A stretch of 63,762 nt of DNA, filler included, from 5 parts of 5 records of this genome joined end to end with filler, not necessarily neighbours in it, one strand, 5' to 3'; counted from the whole stretch's first letter, positions 37,580 to 48,811 are shown. Program-made: numbers and translations. The notes: generated by a model from the letters alone, not told the origin.

Positions 37580-39427
37580 TTATGCAATAGAATTTACAAA
37601 CTTAGTAAACACCTCTTTGTGCTTCTCTAAGTCTAAATTTGGAGATAAGGATGCGCGTACAATATAATCTTTATCACCTTCCTTAGTCGTTCCTTGAGTA
37701 GATGTAGCAGGAATGGTCCAATAGCATCCCTTAAGCTGTCCGTAACTCACACAGAATTTACTTTCATTAGGAATTTCAGTAATCATTAAGTTGATTAACT
37801 TCAAATTTAATTCTCTCTTATAGGCTTCTCTCTCTTTTTCTGTACTTCCTTTGGTAGGAAGATCTAAAGAAAACACAGATGGTGTAAATCCTTCATTTGC
37901 CAAGTCCTCAGACACAAAGTTTAATTTAGCCTCAGGTAACGTCTCTTTAATAAAAGTCACAAACTCTCTAGTATTCACATAAGCATCTTTTATGCGTTGT
38001 AACATAGATGGTAATTGTGCTGCAAGAATTTCATATTGTTGCGCTGTAGCTTCATTATCACATAAACTTAGGTGTAAAGCTATATTTGGCATTAATGCTT
38101 TTGCTTTGTTATTAGCCACACAATAACCAGCAGTACATTTACCACCACTAGGAAATTTAGATCCGCTTGCGTAAGAAATTGTTCTTACAGTGGCTAAGAT
38201 GTCTTCTTCTCCTAAGAAGTGTACATTAGGGCAAAATGTCTGATCTAATATAAACACAGGATCTATTGCCGTATCTCCATTAGGTGTTTGGCGCTGTTTA
38301 CTTAAAACAGCTTTAAGATTTTGTAAATCTGGGACCTCAACTCTTGGGTTTGTTGGTATCTCTGCAATTATATATGGCACCGCATCTTGACTAGCAATTG
38401 TAGTTAGTACCTTATCTATACTGCTTACCATATCATTTTCACCATCAACAGGTAAATCGACTACCTCAACATTATCCAAACAAGCAGCAACACGTCTTGC
38501 TTGATCGTTAGTACCTCCATAACAGTTTGGTGGCACTATAAATTTTATTGGCTTGTTAGGATGTTTATCCTGAGCTTCATTAACCAAGCCCATCATTATA
38601 GCGTACTGTATAGACAAGCCGCTAGAGGCTACTAATGGTGTAATACTTGTATTGGTAATATCTTTTAGCAATGTAGAGACGTTATCCTTATAGGCAGTAA
38701 CATCTGGCGCTGTACTATTTAAAGTTGATGCATTTGCAAAAGCTCTTAAAGCAACCAATGCGTTACTTGGTGTCATAGACACTGTTTCGCGTCGACGCAC
38801 ATGTTGAATGTCTGAGGTGTAAGACGCGTTTTTTTCTCCGTTTACTATTAGAATACTCCCTAAGTGACCGTAAAGGCTTATATGAAAATCTACTGATGCG
38901 TTTAAGTTGAAATCACCAATAGTATCATCTTCTGAAACATATAGAGATGTGCCATCAAATGGTGCTACAGCTGAAGCATTTTCGACCTTATTAAGTTCAA
39001 ATTTATAGCCGTAAACAGATTTTATAATATCTGCATTAAAATCTGCTGGCAATGTGCCTTTATAGTTGATCTGTGTATTTTTTCCCTCTAAAAGGTTTGT
39101 TCTTAAAATTGAAAGAATAGGAACTGTCTTAGATTGAAAACTAATTACAAACTCTGCATCTAAACTTTGCTCCTTTGCTATTCCCCATTCTAAAACGCTG
39201 GATAAGGGATGCCCTAATCTTATATAATCATAAGCAGTAGGTAAAACTTTTAAAGCAGAAGTCTCTGTAGTCTCATTGATATATAAGGTTTCAAATTGTT
39301 CTAAAAATTGAACTTTAGCCAACTTCTCGTTATATATATCTAAACGATGTGTGGTTAAGTTAACCCAATCTTCGGGCATATTTTTTAATACCTCTTTTAT
39401 ATAATCACGTGTTTTTGTGTCTTGCAT
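37580..39427 (-). CDS. Extended PLP-dependent enzyme, Cys/Met metabolism (cystathionine lyase/synthase-like)
   Basis: YDYIRLGHP, SSGLS, CYGGT, EIPTNP, LDQTF, PLP-lysine motif SGSKFPSGG, VSYG. Confidence 0.8.
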   Translation of the reverse strand: MQDTKTRDYIKEVLKNMPEDWVNLTTHRLDIYNEKLAKVQFLEQFETLYINETTETSALKVLPTAYDYIRLGHPLSSVLEWGIAKEQSLDAEFVISFQSKTVPILSILRTNLLEGKNTQINYKGTLPADFNADIIKSVYGYKFELNKVENASAVAPFDGTSLYVSEDDTIGDFNLNASVDFHISLYGHLGSILIVNGEKNASYTSDIQHVRRRETVSMTPSNALVALRAFANASTLNSTAPDVTAYKDNVSTLLKDITNTSITPLVASSGLSIQYAIMMGLVNEAQDKHPNKPIKFIVPPNCYGGTNDQARRVAACLDNVEVVDLPVDGENDMVSSIDKVLTTIASQDAVPYIIAEIPTNPRVEVPDLQNLKAVLSKQRQTPNGDTAIDPVFILDQTFCPNVHFLGEEDILATVRTISYASGSKFPSGGKCTAGYCVANNKAKALMPNIALHLSLCDNEATAQQYEILAAQLPSMLQRIKDAYVNTREFVTFIKETLPEAKLNFVSEDLANEGFTPSVFSLDLPTKGSTEKEREAYKRELNLKLINLMITEIPNESKFCVSYGQLKGCYWTIPATSTQGTTKEGDKDYIVRASLSPNLDLEKHKEVFTKFVNSIA

Positions 39428-39717
39428 AATTTCAAGTTTTGATAGACCGATAATGTAAGGTAAATAGGTCTATTTATAAAGTAAATTAAGACGTAATCTT
39501 GTGTGCTAGCTTACGTAAACTTGTTTTAATATTTAGCTATACTTGAATAGGAAAAATAGATGATTTTACTATTGCGGTTTGTCGAGCTTTGTGGGTGTTG
39601 TCTCCTGTATACATTTCAATTTTCACAACCAGTTCAATTAAACCTTTTTGAATGGTTAAAGAATTAACTAGCAGTGAAATCATTTATTTAAAAAATTTCT
39701 CAGCTTTTTCCCAGATT

Positions 39718-40731
39718 TCATAGTTTAGTTTTCAAATCATTTAAACTAGTATACAACAGTTCTTCGTTATCTTTTAAAAGCCTAAGCATTATATGTTTAG
39801 ATCCTGTTGTCTCTACATTATGTTCTATAATATATTGGTATTCACCGTTTTCGAATCTATAATCAAGACCAGAACCATATTTATGTTGTTGCTCAACCTC
39901 ACCATTATACAACACTAAGCTAGGTCTTTCTTTTATAGTGTTTGGCTTGTTCCAGGAAGTGTATCTAATTGTACCGTTCTTTAGTTTATCAACTTTAATT
40001 ATAAACTTACTATTTTCTGAATGTAGTATAGGTTCTTTTACCTCATTATTATAGGTAATTCTTTTATCTTGAATTTTAAATTTATAGAACTCTTTAGTAT
40101 TACCTGCGTAAAAACTACTATCAGACACCCAAAATGCTCTTCCAAAAGAACTAAAATCAAAACTACTATCTTCTAATGTAGTATAGTCTGAAATAAATAT
40201 TGGAGTGGCTGTGTTGTTTATCATTTCATGTAATGAAATTCCACTAAAATCAATACCATCATTAGCATAACTGTAAATAAATTTAGCAGTTGGAGAAAAG
40301 ATAAGATCATAGCCAGATATATATGACGTGGTACCATCTTCTAAGTGTATTAATAAATTTGAAGTAGTAGCCTCAAACCAATTTTCACTTATAACACAGC
40401 TATTTAATGCTTTTACAAACCCAAGGTAAGAAACGCTAATAAGTTGCTCATCGTTATCTAGGCAGTTTTTAACAATTTTAGTGTTTGTAGTTACCGTATA
40501 ACAATCTTCGGTTATATGTACTTGAGAAGGAATTATAGAATCATTTAATAATCGCGTTGTCTCACGATTCTTTACAACATCAAACTCTTCTTTTGTTATG
40601 GTAGACATAATGATGTCATAATTAACTGCACCTCGTATTACAATGTCATTAGACATTATATTTTCTTTATCCTGAGAATATGATGTTGTAATTGAAAATA
40701 GAACAGATAAAAGGACAATCTGAAATTTCAT
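39718..40731 (-). CDS. Hypothetical secreted protein
   Basis: Signal peptide MKFQIVLLSVLFSITTSYS. Bacteroidota-type C-terminal RYTSWNKP..PSLVLYNG..YRFENGEYQY. Confidence 0.75.
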   Translation of the reverse strand: MKFQIVLLSVLFSITTSYSQDKENIMSNDIVIRGAVNYDIIMSTITKEEFDVVKNRETTRLLNDSIIPSQVHITEDCYTVTTNTKIVKNCLDNDEQLISVSYLGFVKALNSCVISENWFEATTSNLLIHLEDGTTSYISGYDLIFSPTAKFIYSYANDGIDFSGISLHEMINNTATPIFISDYTTLEDSSFDFSSFGRAFWVSDSSFYAGNTKEFYKFKIQDKRITYNNEVKEPILHSENSKFIIKVDKLKNGTIRYTSWNKPNTIKERPSLVLYNGEVEQQHKYGSGLDYRFENGEYQYIIEHNVETTGSKHIMLRLLKDNEELLYTSLNDLKTKL

Positions 40732-40832
40732 TGCTAGTTTAATTACCATTGTTTTATAAAAGTAGAAAGTTACAGGAATAATAGTTTAGTTTTCCATCTG
40801 GATGGCATATTATAAATCGTGGTTTTTCAAAA

Positions 40833-40932
40833 NNNNNNNNNNNNNNNNNNNNNNNNNNNNNNNNNNNNNNNNNNNNTTAATTAATTAANNNNNNNNNNNN
40901 NNNNNNNNNNNNNNNNNNNNNNNNNNNNNNNN
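40833..40932. other. Artificial contig spacer
   Basis: N44-TTAATTAATTAA-N44. Confidence 0.98.
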
Positions 40933-40980
40933 CCCACAGCGACCTCAACGCTGCGCGGCTACCAATTCCGCCACGACCGC
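40933..40980 (-). tRNA. tRNA-Leu(GAG), 5' part, truncated at the contig edge
   Basis: Reverse complement GCGGTCGTGGCGGAATTGGTAGCCGCGCAGCGTTGAGGTCGCTGTGGG; anticodon arm CAGCG-TTGAGGT-CGCTG. Confidence 0.9.
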
Positions 40981-41054
40981 ATAAATGTCTTTAGCGCGCC
41001 ACCATTTATCAAATGGCCTTAACACGCACAAGCTCTATTTGTCGTTTTTTTTGA

Positions 41055-41288
41055 CTAAGGCTGTTTTGTGACTTTTTCCAACACTTCAATCGAGAGCTGG
41101 CCCTCATCAATCTTGATTTCGCCAATCGCCACAAGCGTTTTGTTGGCGTAGATTTTTAAGGGATCATATTCTGTTGCGTCCAATTCAATCACCGCACCAC
41201 GGCCCATGCGCAGCAAATGGTGGATAGGCATTTTGGTTGCCCCCAACTCCACAGTGATATCAACATCAATGGATTTTAACGCGTCCAT
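41055..41288 (-). CDS. FliM/FliN (SpoA) domain protein
   Basis: VDITVELGATKMPIHHLLRMGRGAVIELD, IYANKTLVAIGEI. Confidence 0.85.
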   Translation of the reverse strand: MDALKSIDVDITVELGATKMPIHHLLRMGRGAVIELDATEYDPLKIYANKTLVAIGEIKIDEGQLSIEVLEKVTKQP

Positions 41289-41422
41289 GTCATTTGGCCT
41301 CAAGCGACAGAATCAAGTCATTGCACGCGCCATGTTTATGGCATAAACCAAGTGCAACGCAATTCACCATGCATCGGGCATGGTTATCGAAGTCTTAACA
41401 AAATTTAAATTTGCCGCGCTTT

Positions 41423-42109
41423 ATGTCTCAAAATTCAACAGTTTTTCGCCAAGATGGGCACCCAACCCAATGGGAAATTTCCGATCAATTGATTGAATAT
41501 CCTGACGCTTTGGCGCGGATGAAAGCCCATGTTGACCAATTGGCGCGCGGCGAAGCGGAAGAATTGGTGTGGCTACTAGAGCACCCCCCGCTATACACCG
41601 CGGGGACTTCTGCGAAACCAGAAGATTTGACCGATCCGGACATGCTGCCGGTATTCGATGCGGGACGCGGTGGGCAATACACCTATCACGGCCCCGGCCA
41701 ACGGGTTGTTTACCTCATGCTCGACCTGAAACAACGTGGTCGCGATGTGCGCGCCTTTGTACGCGCAATGGAACAATTGGTGATCGACACGCTGGCGGAC
41801 TTCAACATTGAAGGCAAACAGGTCGACGGACGTGTGGGCGTTTGGGTCAAGCGCCCCGAAAAGGGCTTCAATAAAGAAGATAAAATTGCCGCCATTGGCG
41901 TGCGTGTCTCTCGTTGGACCAGCTTTCACGGCATTTCTATCAATTTGAATCCGGACTTGAATGATTATAGCGGCATTGTGCCGTGTGGCATTTCTGATCA
42001 GGGTGTCACCAGTTTTGAAGATTTGGGCCAGCTTGTTTCGATGCCGGAACTCGACAGTGCCCTTAAGAAGAATTTTGAGCGTATTTTTGGCCCAACCGTG
42101 CGGGTTTAG
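41423..42109 (+). CDS. lipB: Octanoyltransferase LipB
   Basis: [36 protein letters not shown]. Confidence 0.97.
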   Translation: MSQNSTVFRQDGHPTQWEISDQLIEYPDALARMKAHVDQLARGEAEELVWLLEHPPLYTAGTSAKPEDLTDPDMLPVFDAGRGGQYTYHGPGQRVVYLMLDLKQRGRDVRAFVRAMEQLVIDTLADFNIEGKQVDGRVGVWVKRPEKGFNKEDKIAAIGVRVSRWTSFHGISINLNPDLNDYSGIVPCGISDQGVTSFEDLGQLVSMPELDSALKKNFERIFGPTVRV

Positions 42110-42190
42110 CACCGCTTATACTGGCCAGATTTCAACCAATTGTGCTAAAGCTGAACAAAGACAGACCAACCACCAGCCAAAGGTGACCAA

Positions 42191-42751
42191 ATGAACACCG
42201 AAGATATGAAAAAGCTCGCCACAAGCGGCACCATTTTTAATCTCGACCGGATGATTGCCCCCAAAATCATCAAATTGCTTTATTTGCTTGGCCTCGGCAC
42301 CATCGTCCTTTGGTCAATCAACCATCTGTTCGCCACTTTTGCCGATTCCTTTGGGTCAGGCCTTTGGGGCATTCTGGAAGTAGGCATCTTTGGCCTTGGC
42401 GCCTTTGTGGCCTTGCGTGTGTTGTGCGAAACTTTGCTCGTTTTCTTCAAGAAAAACGAAAAGCTGATCGAAATTCAGCAACCTGCGCGTCCAGCGCTCT
42501 CCATCTTCGATGACGTAAAAGACGCTTTGGAAGAGCTTGCAGAAGATGATGTGAATGAAGCTTATGAGGCATTGCCCAAAAGTGAGCCAGCTGCGCCTAA
42601 GGCCAAAACCAGCACCCGCGCCGCACGCAGCACCACAACAAGCCGCAGCTCTGCAACAAAATCATCAACACGCAAAGCGCCAGCAAAACGCAAAACAACC
42701 GCCAAACGCCCAGCAACGGCGAAGAAGGCAACTGATACGCCAAAAAGCTAA
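42191..42751 (+). CDS. DUF4282-like membrane protein with Lys/Ala/Thr-rich tail
   Basis: MIAPKIIKLLY, two TM helices, RVLCE motif, basic low-complexity C-terminus. Confidence 0.7.
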   Translation: MNTEDMKKLATSGTIFNLDRMIAPKIIKLLYLLGLGTIVLWSINHLFATFADSFGSGLWGILEVGIFGLGAFVALRVLCETLLVFFKKNEKLIEIQQPARPALSIFDDVKDALEELAEDDVNEAYEALPKSEPAAPKAKTSTRAARSTTTSRSSATKSSTRKAPAKRKTTAKRPATAKKATDTPKS

Positions 42752-42904
42752 GCGCTTTACAATTTCGAGAATGATGATGGGTTCATGCTAAATCAGCATG
42801 AACCCATTTTTATTTATCGCAATATCTCCCTGTCCTTTGGGGTCCAATCGACTGCAAATTTGGATAAGATAGCCAAAACAATCCAACTAAGGGTCCAAGC
42901 ACAT

Positions 42905-45900
42905 ATGTCTGCCTTTGAGTTCGCCCCACCTCAGTTCACTGAAAAAGACGTAACAGAGATGCTGAAAGCCAAATATGGCATCAGCGGTACATTGCGCGCA
43001 CTTGAAAGCGAGCGCGATCAAAACTTCGCGGTGAGCACGGACCAAGGCAAATATGTGTTCAAAATTGCCAATGCGGGCGAAGATTTGGACTTCTTGGACC
43101 TACAGAACGACAGCTTGACCTTCTTGAAAGATGCCGGATTTGAGGGTTGTCCTGAATTGGTGCTTACCAATGAGGACGAGCAAATGTTCGTGGCGCAAAA
43201 GGATGGGCAGGATTACCACATCCGCCTCCTGACTTTCTTGGATGGCGATCTCTATTCGCAAAAGCCAGTTTCGTTAGACCGCCTTGCAGACCTTGGCCGT
43301 TTTATGGGCAAATTCTCAAAGGCCTTTAGCGGTTTTTATCGCCCTGCCGCGCACCGACCGGACTTTATTTGGAATTTGGACAATGCCTTGGCAGCGGAGG
43401 AATATTTCCCCTCCATCGCCAATCCAGCGCATCGTGAGCGTGCCGAGCAACTCTTCGCCCATTATCGCGCGGAAACTGCACCGAAGTTGCAACATTTGCG
43501 CATGGCAGTGATCCACCAAGACGCCAACGATAATAATCTGGTGATTGATCCTGCGGATGAAAGCAAAATCACCGGTCTCATCGATTTTGGCGATATGTGC
43601 CACGGACGGCAAATCAATGAACTGGCCGTAACAATGGCCTATGCGCTGATGGATCAAGTTGATCTTTTTGCCGCATCAAAAGCGCTGGTCAGCAATTATT
43701 GCGCTGAATTTCCGCTGTTCGCAGAAGAGCTGGATGTGCTGTTTGACCTGATCCGCATGCGCCTCACCGTCAGCGTGGCTATGTCCTCTCACCAGATCAA
43801 GGCTCATCCAGAAAATGAATATTTGCTGGTGTCGCAAAAGCCCGCCTTGGAGCTGCTTGATCGGCTGGACGATGTTGACCCCCGCTTTATGACTGCCCTG
43901 TTCCGCCATTCAGCGGGACTGGACGCTGTAGATCATGCAAGCCACATCATCGCGTTTCTCGAGCAAAATCAGCCCAATACCGCCTCGCTATTCAAACCGA
44001 ACTTCAAATATGAAGCCCGGTTTATCATTCCCGCGGATGGCAGCGACACGACAATCCCACCTTTCAGCGACAAGGCTTTTAACACCTGGTTTGACGAGAA
44101 ATGCGCCAAAGAAGAAGCCCGCTTTGGCATTGGCCGCTATGGTGAAGACCGCACTGTTTATCAAACCGATGCCTTCGCCTCCAAACTGTCAAAAGAACGC
44201 CGCACTATTCATATGGGCGTGGACGTGTTTGTGCATGCGGACGAACCGCTGCACGCGCCAATGGCGGGCGAAGTCTTTGCCGTGCATGACAATGCGTTTG
44301 AGCTGGATTATGGCCCAACCCTAATTTTGAAGCATGAGACAGATAAGGGCGTGCCGTTCTATTCGCTTTACGGCCACCTCTCCCGCTCTATCTTTGATTT
44401 GCACCATGTAGGCGACAAAATCGAAAAAGGCCAATTGATCGGCCATATTGGCGATTGGGACGTGAATGGCGGCTGGTATCCGCATTTGCATTTCCAGATC
44501 ATGACCTCAATGTTGAGCCAATCCACCAATTTCAACGGCGTAGCACACAAAAGCATGTGGGATGTGTGGCAGCAAATCTGCCCCAACCCGAATCTTTTGA
44601 TGAACCAGGCTCCACAAACCTTTGAAACTGATGAGCAAACACCAGACAAGCTGATGCAACGCCGCGCCGATTTGCTCGGCCCGTCATTGAGCGTTTCTTA
44701 CAAGAAAAAGCTCAAAATGGTGTCCGGTAAAGGCGTGCATTTATACGACCATACGGGCCGCGCGTTCCTCGATTGCGTCAACAACATCACCCATATCGGC
44801 CATTGTCACCCGCATCTGGTAGAGGCGATTTCGCGGCAAGCGGCAATTCTCAACACCAACACGCGCTATCTTAGCGAGTTGGTGCTTGATTTTGCGGAAC
44901 GCATCACCTCAAAAATGCCAGACCATCTTTCAGTCGCCTATTTCGTCAATTCCGGTACCGAAGCCAACGAATTGGCGCTGCGGATTGCGCGACAAGCTAC
45001 GGGCCAGAAAGATACGATTGTTTTGGATTGGGCTTATCACGGCAACTCACAAGGTGCAGTTGATGTCAGCCCTTATAAATTCAAGCGCAAAGGTGGCTTC
45101 CCACAGCCCGACTTTACCCATATCGCCGAATTCCCCGATCCGTTCCGCGGCCCCTATCGCTATGGCGACAATGATGCGGGCGCTAAATATGCGGAAGATG
45201 TGAAACGACGCATCGCGGAAATCAAAGCCAAAACGGGCAATGGCGCGGCAGCGTTCATCGCTGAAAGCATCTCCGGCGTTGGCGGCCAAGTCGCCTACCC
45301 TGAAGGCTATTTCAAAGCCGTTTACGAAGCCGTGCGTGCCGAAGGCGGCGTGTGCATTGCCGATGAAGTGCAATGTGGTTTTGGTCGCGTGGGCGAGCAT
45401 TTCTGGGCCTATGAGTTGCAAGATGTGGTGCCGGACATTGTGGTGATGGGCAAACCCATCGGCAACGGCCACCCCCTCGCCGCAGTGGTGACCACCAAAG
45501 AACTGGCCGACAAGTTCAACACCGGCATGGAATATTTCAACAGCTTCGGCGGCAACCCCGTTTCCATGGCTGTGGGCATGGCGGTGATGGATGTGATTGA
45601 AAATGAAGGCCTTCAGGCACATGCAAAGGAGCTAGGCAATTACATTTTGGCCCGCTGGCACGACATCAAAGACAAATATGATCTGGTCGGTGATGTGCGT
45701 GGGCACGGCCTGTTTCTGGGCATGGAGCTGATTGAAGATGAGCAATTGACCCCGGCCACAGAAAAAGCCGGCGCCATTGTCAACGCCCTGCGCGACCGCT
45801 CCATTTTGTTCTCAACCGATGGCCCACTGGACAATGTGCTGAAATTCAAGCCACCCATGGTGTTTAGCCGCGAAAATGCCGATTTTATGTGTGATCAGCT

Positions 45901-45928
45901 TGATGAAGTGATTGGCGCATTCTCCTAA
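42905..45928 (+). CDS. Phosphotransferase-M23-class III aminotransferase fusion (hydroxylysine kinase/phospho-lyase-like)
   Basis: APH motifs HQDANDNN and IDFGD; M23 motifs IHMGVD and PHLHFQ; AT-III motifs [10 protein letters not shown] and MGKPIGNG. Confidence 0.9.
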   Translation: MSAFEFAPPQFTEKDVTEMLKAKYGISGTLRALESERDQNFAVSTDQGKYVFKIANAGEDLDFLDLQNDSLTFLKDAGFEGCPELVLTNEDEQMFVAQKDGQDYHIRLLTFLDGDLYSQKPVSLDRLADLGRFMGKFSKAFSGFYRPAAHRPDFIWNLDNALAAEEYFPSIANPAHRERAEQLFAHYRAETAPKLQHLRMAVIHQDANDNNLVIDPADESKITGLIDFGDMCHGRQINELAVTMAYALMDQVDLFAASKALVSNYCAEFPLFAEELDVLFDLIRMRLTVSVAMSSHQIKAHPENEYLLVSQKPALELLDRLDDVDPRFMTALFRHSAGLDAVDHASHIIAFLEQNQPNTASLFKPNFKYEARFIIPADGSDTTIPPFSDKAFNTWFDEKCAKEEARFGIGRYGEDRTVYQTDAFASKLSKERRTIHMGVDVFVHADEPLHAPMAGEVFAVHDNAFELDYGPTLILKHETDKGVPFYSLYGHLSRSIFDLHHVGDKIEKGQLIGHIGDWDVNGGWYPHLHFQIMTSMLSQSTNFNGVAHKSMWDVWQQICPNPNLLMNQAPQTFETDEQTPDKLMQRRADLLGPSLSVSYKKKLKMVSGKGVHLYDHTGRAFLDCVNNITHIGHCHPHLVEAISRQAAILNTNTRYLSELVLDFAERITSKMPDHLSVAYFVNSGTEANELALRIARQATGQKDTIVLDWAYHGNSQGAVDVSPYKFKRKGGFPQPDFTHIAEFPDPFRGPYRYGDNDAGAKYAEDVKRRIAEIKAKTGNGAAAFIAESISGVGGQVAYPEGYFKAVYEAVRAEGGVCIADEVQCGFGRVGEHFWAYELQDVVPDIVVMGKPIGNGHPLAAVVTTKELADKFNTGMEYFNSFGGNPVSMAVGMAVMDVIENEGLQAHAKELGNYILARWHDIKDKYDLVGDVRGHGLFLGMELIEDEQLTPATEKAGAIVNALRDRSILFSTDGPLDNVLKFKPPMVFSRENADFMCDQLDEVIGAFS

Positions 45929-45990
45929 TGCTTGACGTAGGATTTGAGTGCGGTAGAAAGCCCATTCAAATCCTATTAAAGGCCGAACGG

Positions 45991-47343
45991 ATGAACCAGA
46001 ACCCAACCATTGGACTTGTGAGCCTTGGCTGCCCAAAGGCGCTCGTCGATTCAGAACGCATTTTGACCACCCTGCGGGCGCAGGGCTACAATTTCTCGCA
46101 CTCCTATGAGGGCGCGGATTTGGTGATCGTCAACACATGCGGCTTTTTGGACAGCGCCAAAGCTGAAAGCCTTGAGGCCATTGGTGAAGCTATCAATGAA
46201 AATGGCAAAGTGGTCGTTACTGGCTGCTTAGGCACCGAAGAGCAATTGATCCGCGACACGCACCCAAAAGTGCTCGCAGTCTCCGGGCCGCATCAATATG
46301 AGGCCGTAGTTGAGGCGGTGCATGACAATCTGCCGCCCGTGCACAAGCCATTCGAAGACCTTGTGCCAGCAGATGGCTTGCGCCTCACGCCACGCCATTA
46401 TGCCTATCTGAAGATTTCAGAAGGCTGTTCCAACCGCTGCACCTTCTGCATCATCCCATCTATCCGCGGCGATTTGCAGTCGCGTCCGGTGGCCAGCGTG
46501 CTTTATGAAGCCGAACGGCTGGTGAAAGCGGGCGTGAAAGAAATCATGGTGATTTCACAAGACACAAGCGCTTACGGCCAGGACATTAAATATGCCACCT
46601 CCCGCTTTCATAAGCGCGATGTGGAAGCGCGGTTCCACAATCTCTGCGAAGAGTTGGGCGAATTGGATGCATGGGTGCGCTTGCACTATGTTTATCCCTA
46701 CCCGCATGTGGACAAGACCATCCCGCTGATGGCTGAAGGCAAAATTTTGCCGTACCTCGACATTCCATTCCAGCACGCAGCGCCAAATGTGCTCAAAGCC
46801 ATGCGCCGCCCGGCCAATCAGGTCAAAACCGCAGATCGTATCAAACACTGGCGCGACATCTGCCCTGATCTCGCGATCCGATCCACCTTCATCGTGGGCT
46901 TCCCGGGTGAAACGGAAGACGACTTCCAGCAATTGCTGGATTGGCTGGACGAAACCCAAATTGATCGCTTGGGGGCGTTCCAATATGAGCCAGTGACCGG
47001 CGCTGTGGCCAATGAGATTGAAGGCGCTGTGCCTGACGAAATCAAACAAGATCGCTATGATCGCTTGATGGTGAAGGCACAAGCCATTTCCGCCGAACGG
47101 CTGCGCCAGAAAGTTGGCCGCGAGATTGATGTGCTGATCGACGATGTAGCTCCCGAAGATAACCGCGCCCTCGGCCGCAGCCAATGGGATGCACCAGATA
47201 TTGATGGCCAAGTGTTTATCGACGATGTTCAAGGCGTAAAGCCCGGCGACATGGTGAAGGTCAAACTGGTCGATAGCGACGAGTATGATTTGTTCGGCGA
47301 GCCTACACAGCCTGAATTTGTGGCCAAACCTGCAGCCGAATAA
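45991..47343 (+). CDS. rimO: Ribosomal protein S12 methylthiotransferase
   Basis: [28 protein letters not shown]-terminal TRAM domain. Confidence 0.97.
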   Translation: MNQNPTIGLVSLGCPKALVDSERILTTLRAQGYNFSHSYEGADLVIVNTCGFLDSAKAESLEAIGEAINENGKVVVTGCLGTEEQLIRDTHPKVLAVSGPHQYEAVVEAVHDNLPPVHKPFEDLVPADGLRLTPRHYAYLKISEGCSNRCTFCIIPSIRGDLQSRPVASVLYEAERLVKAGVKEIMVISQDTSAYGQDIKYATSRFHKRDVEARFHNLCEELGELDAWVRLHYVYPYPHVDKTIPLMAEGKILPYLDIPFQHAAPNVLKAMRRPANQVKTADRIKHWRDICPDLAIRSTFIVGFPGETEDDFQQLLDWLDETQIDRLGAFQYEPVTGAVANEIEGAVPDEIKQDRYDRLMVKAQAISAERLRQKVGREIDVLIDDVAPEDNRALGRSQWDAPDIDGQVFIDDVQGVKPGDMVKVKLVDSDEYDLFGEPTQPEFVAKPAAE

Positions 47344-47436
47344 TGCATCAGGAATTCAAATGGCAACTCAAGTCTGGTGAAATCACACTGGGGCGCGATC
47401 CCCTTGTGATGGGCATTCTCAATGTCACACCCGATA
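47343..47436 (+). CDS. folP: Dihydropteroate synthase, N-terminal fragment
   Basis: Manual translation [31 protein letters not shown] matches the FolP signature VMGILNVTPDS. Start overlaps the rimO stop. Confidence 0.85.
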
Positions 47437-47536
47437 NNNNNNNNNNNNNNNNNNNNNNNNNNNNNNNNNNNNNNNNNNNNTTAATTAATTAANNNNNNNN
47501 NNNNNNNNNNNNNNNNNNNNNNNNNNNNNNNNNNNN
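47437..47536. other. Artificial contig spacer
   Basis: N44-TTAATTAATTAA-N44. Confidence 0.98.
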
Positions 47537-47603
47537 CGCCAAGTGGTAAGGCACCGGTTTTTGGTATCGGCATTCCCAGGTTCGAATCCTGGCACCCCAG
47601 CCA
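47537..47603 (+). tRNA. tRNA-Gln(TTG), missing about the first 8 nt
   Basis: GCCAAGTGGTAAGGC D-arm, CCGGT-TTTTGGT-ATCGG anticodon arm, GGTTCGAATCC T-arm, 3' CCA. Confidence 0.93.
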
Positions 47604-48010
47604 TCGTCTTCCAGATCGCCGACCATGCGGGAAGACAACGCGAGACAAATTTGATCGTTACTGTATCACGCCGGTTGCCAATAGGCGCGCGCCCGATATT
47701 TTCCTTACTGAATCGTAAAGCATCTTATTGATCCCCGAATTCAGGGTTGTTAGCCTTGAGGATCAAAAGTAAGGGCGTTGCGTACCCGGCGTCTGAGTGG
47801 CAAAGGGTATAAACAGAGAGCGGCCCACGCTCCAAAGCTCAGGGGAGAGGTCGGGCGTCTCTACGCCTTTCGGCTTCCACTAGACTACCAGGCCAATTGT
47901 GTGTGTGGCCATGGCATTGAAACCGGGACGTCCTCATGAGCAGGGCGCCTGACTGTCGATTTTTACGCGCAATACCTGCGCGACCGTTTGGAGAGTGAGA
48001 GGCAAACCTC

Positions 48011-48778
48011 ATGAAGAAACTTCTGTCACCAGCTCGCGGCGTTCTCGCCGCTGCGCTGATTGCGGGCTTGGCCATGCCGGCCCAGGCCCAATTGCGCGAA
48101 GCGCTCAATACCGGCGAGCAGGCCACCCGGCGCGCCGAGCAAGTTCAGGATCAGATCAACCAGCTGGACGATGAGCGTACGGACATGGTGCGTGAATACC
48201 GCTCCCTGCTTCAGCGCCGTGACGCAGCTGACCTGTACGCCAAGCAACAGGCGCTCGTTGTGAAAAGCCAGGAAGAAGAGATCGAATCTCTGACCGAACA
48301 ACTTGGTTCGATCGACGACATCACCGCCCAAACGGTTCCGATGCTCCTCGAAATGATCGAAAACCTGAAGGCATTCGTCGCTGCTGACCTCCCATTCAAG
48401 CAGGAAGAACGCACGACGCGCCTTGAGGGCCTCGACGCCGTCATGGAAACGCCGAACGTCACGCCAGCTGAACAGTATCGCCTGATCATGGATGCCTATC
48501 AGGCGGAAATGGAATACGGCCGCACGATCAGCACCTGGCAGGAAGAGATCACGCTGGACGGTAACCCGACCACGGTGGACATGTTCCTGTATGGGCGCGT
48601 TGCGCTCGTTTATGCTGCGCCAAACGGCGACGCTGCTCGGTACAACCGCACGACCGGTGAGTGGGAAGAGATCAAGGGCGGTTATGCTGCCGATATCGAC
48701 AAGGCGATCCGCGTTGCACAGGCAAAAGCCCAGCAAGACGTTCTGTTCGCCCCGGTTCAGAAGTTCTCCGTCGAGTAG
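48011..48778 (+). CDS. DUF3450 protein (TtpB-like TonB-system component)
   Basis: Signal peptide, coiled coil, FVAADLPF..ER, YQAEMEYGRT, GRVAL. Confidence 0.88.
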   Translation: MKKLLSPARGVLAAALIAGLAMPAQAQLREALNTGEQATRRAEQVQDQINQLDDERTDMVREYRSLLQRRDAADLYAKQQALVVKSQEEEIESLTEQLGSIDDITAQTVPMLLEMIENLKAFVAADLPFKQEERTTRLEGLDAVMETPNVTPAEQYRLIMDAYQAEMEYGRTISTWQEEITLDGNPTTVDMFLYGRVALVYAAPNGDAARYNRTTGEWEEIKGGYAADIDKAIRVAQAKAQQDVLFAPVQKFSVE

Positions 48779-48811
48779 TCGGCAGGCACCAGAGAATTAA
48801 GAGGTAATATA

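Noticed and set aside
39428-39717. SAM riboswitch upstream of the PLP enzyme
   Set aside because: No SAM-I or SAM-II core recognised; only a short inverted repeat ATAGACC/GGTCTAT at 39442-39473.
41055-41288. FliN-like gene as evidence of a flagellar or T3SS cluster
   Set aside because: Solitary SpoA-domain gene beside lipB with no other apparatus genes, and on a different contig from the effector-like ORFs.
47604-47720. Integrative element downstream of tRNA-Gln
   Set aside because: No integrase and no duplicated tRNA 3' end seen in the contig.
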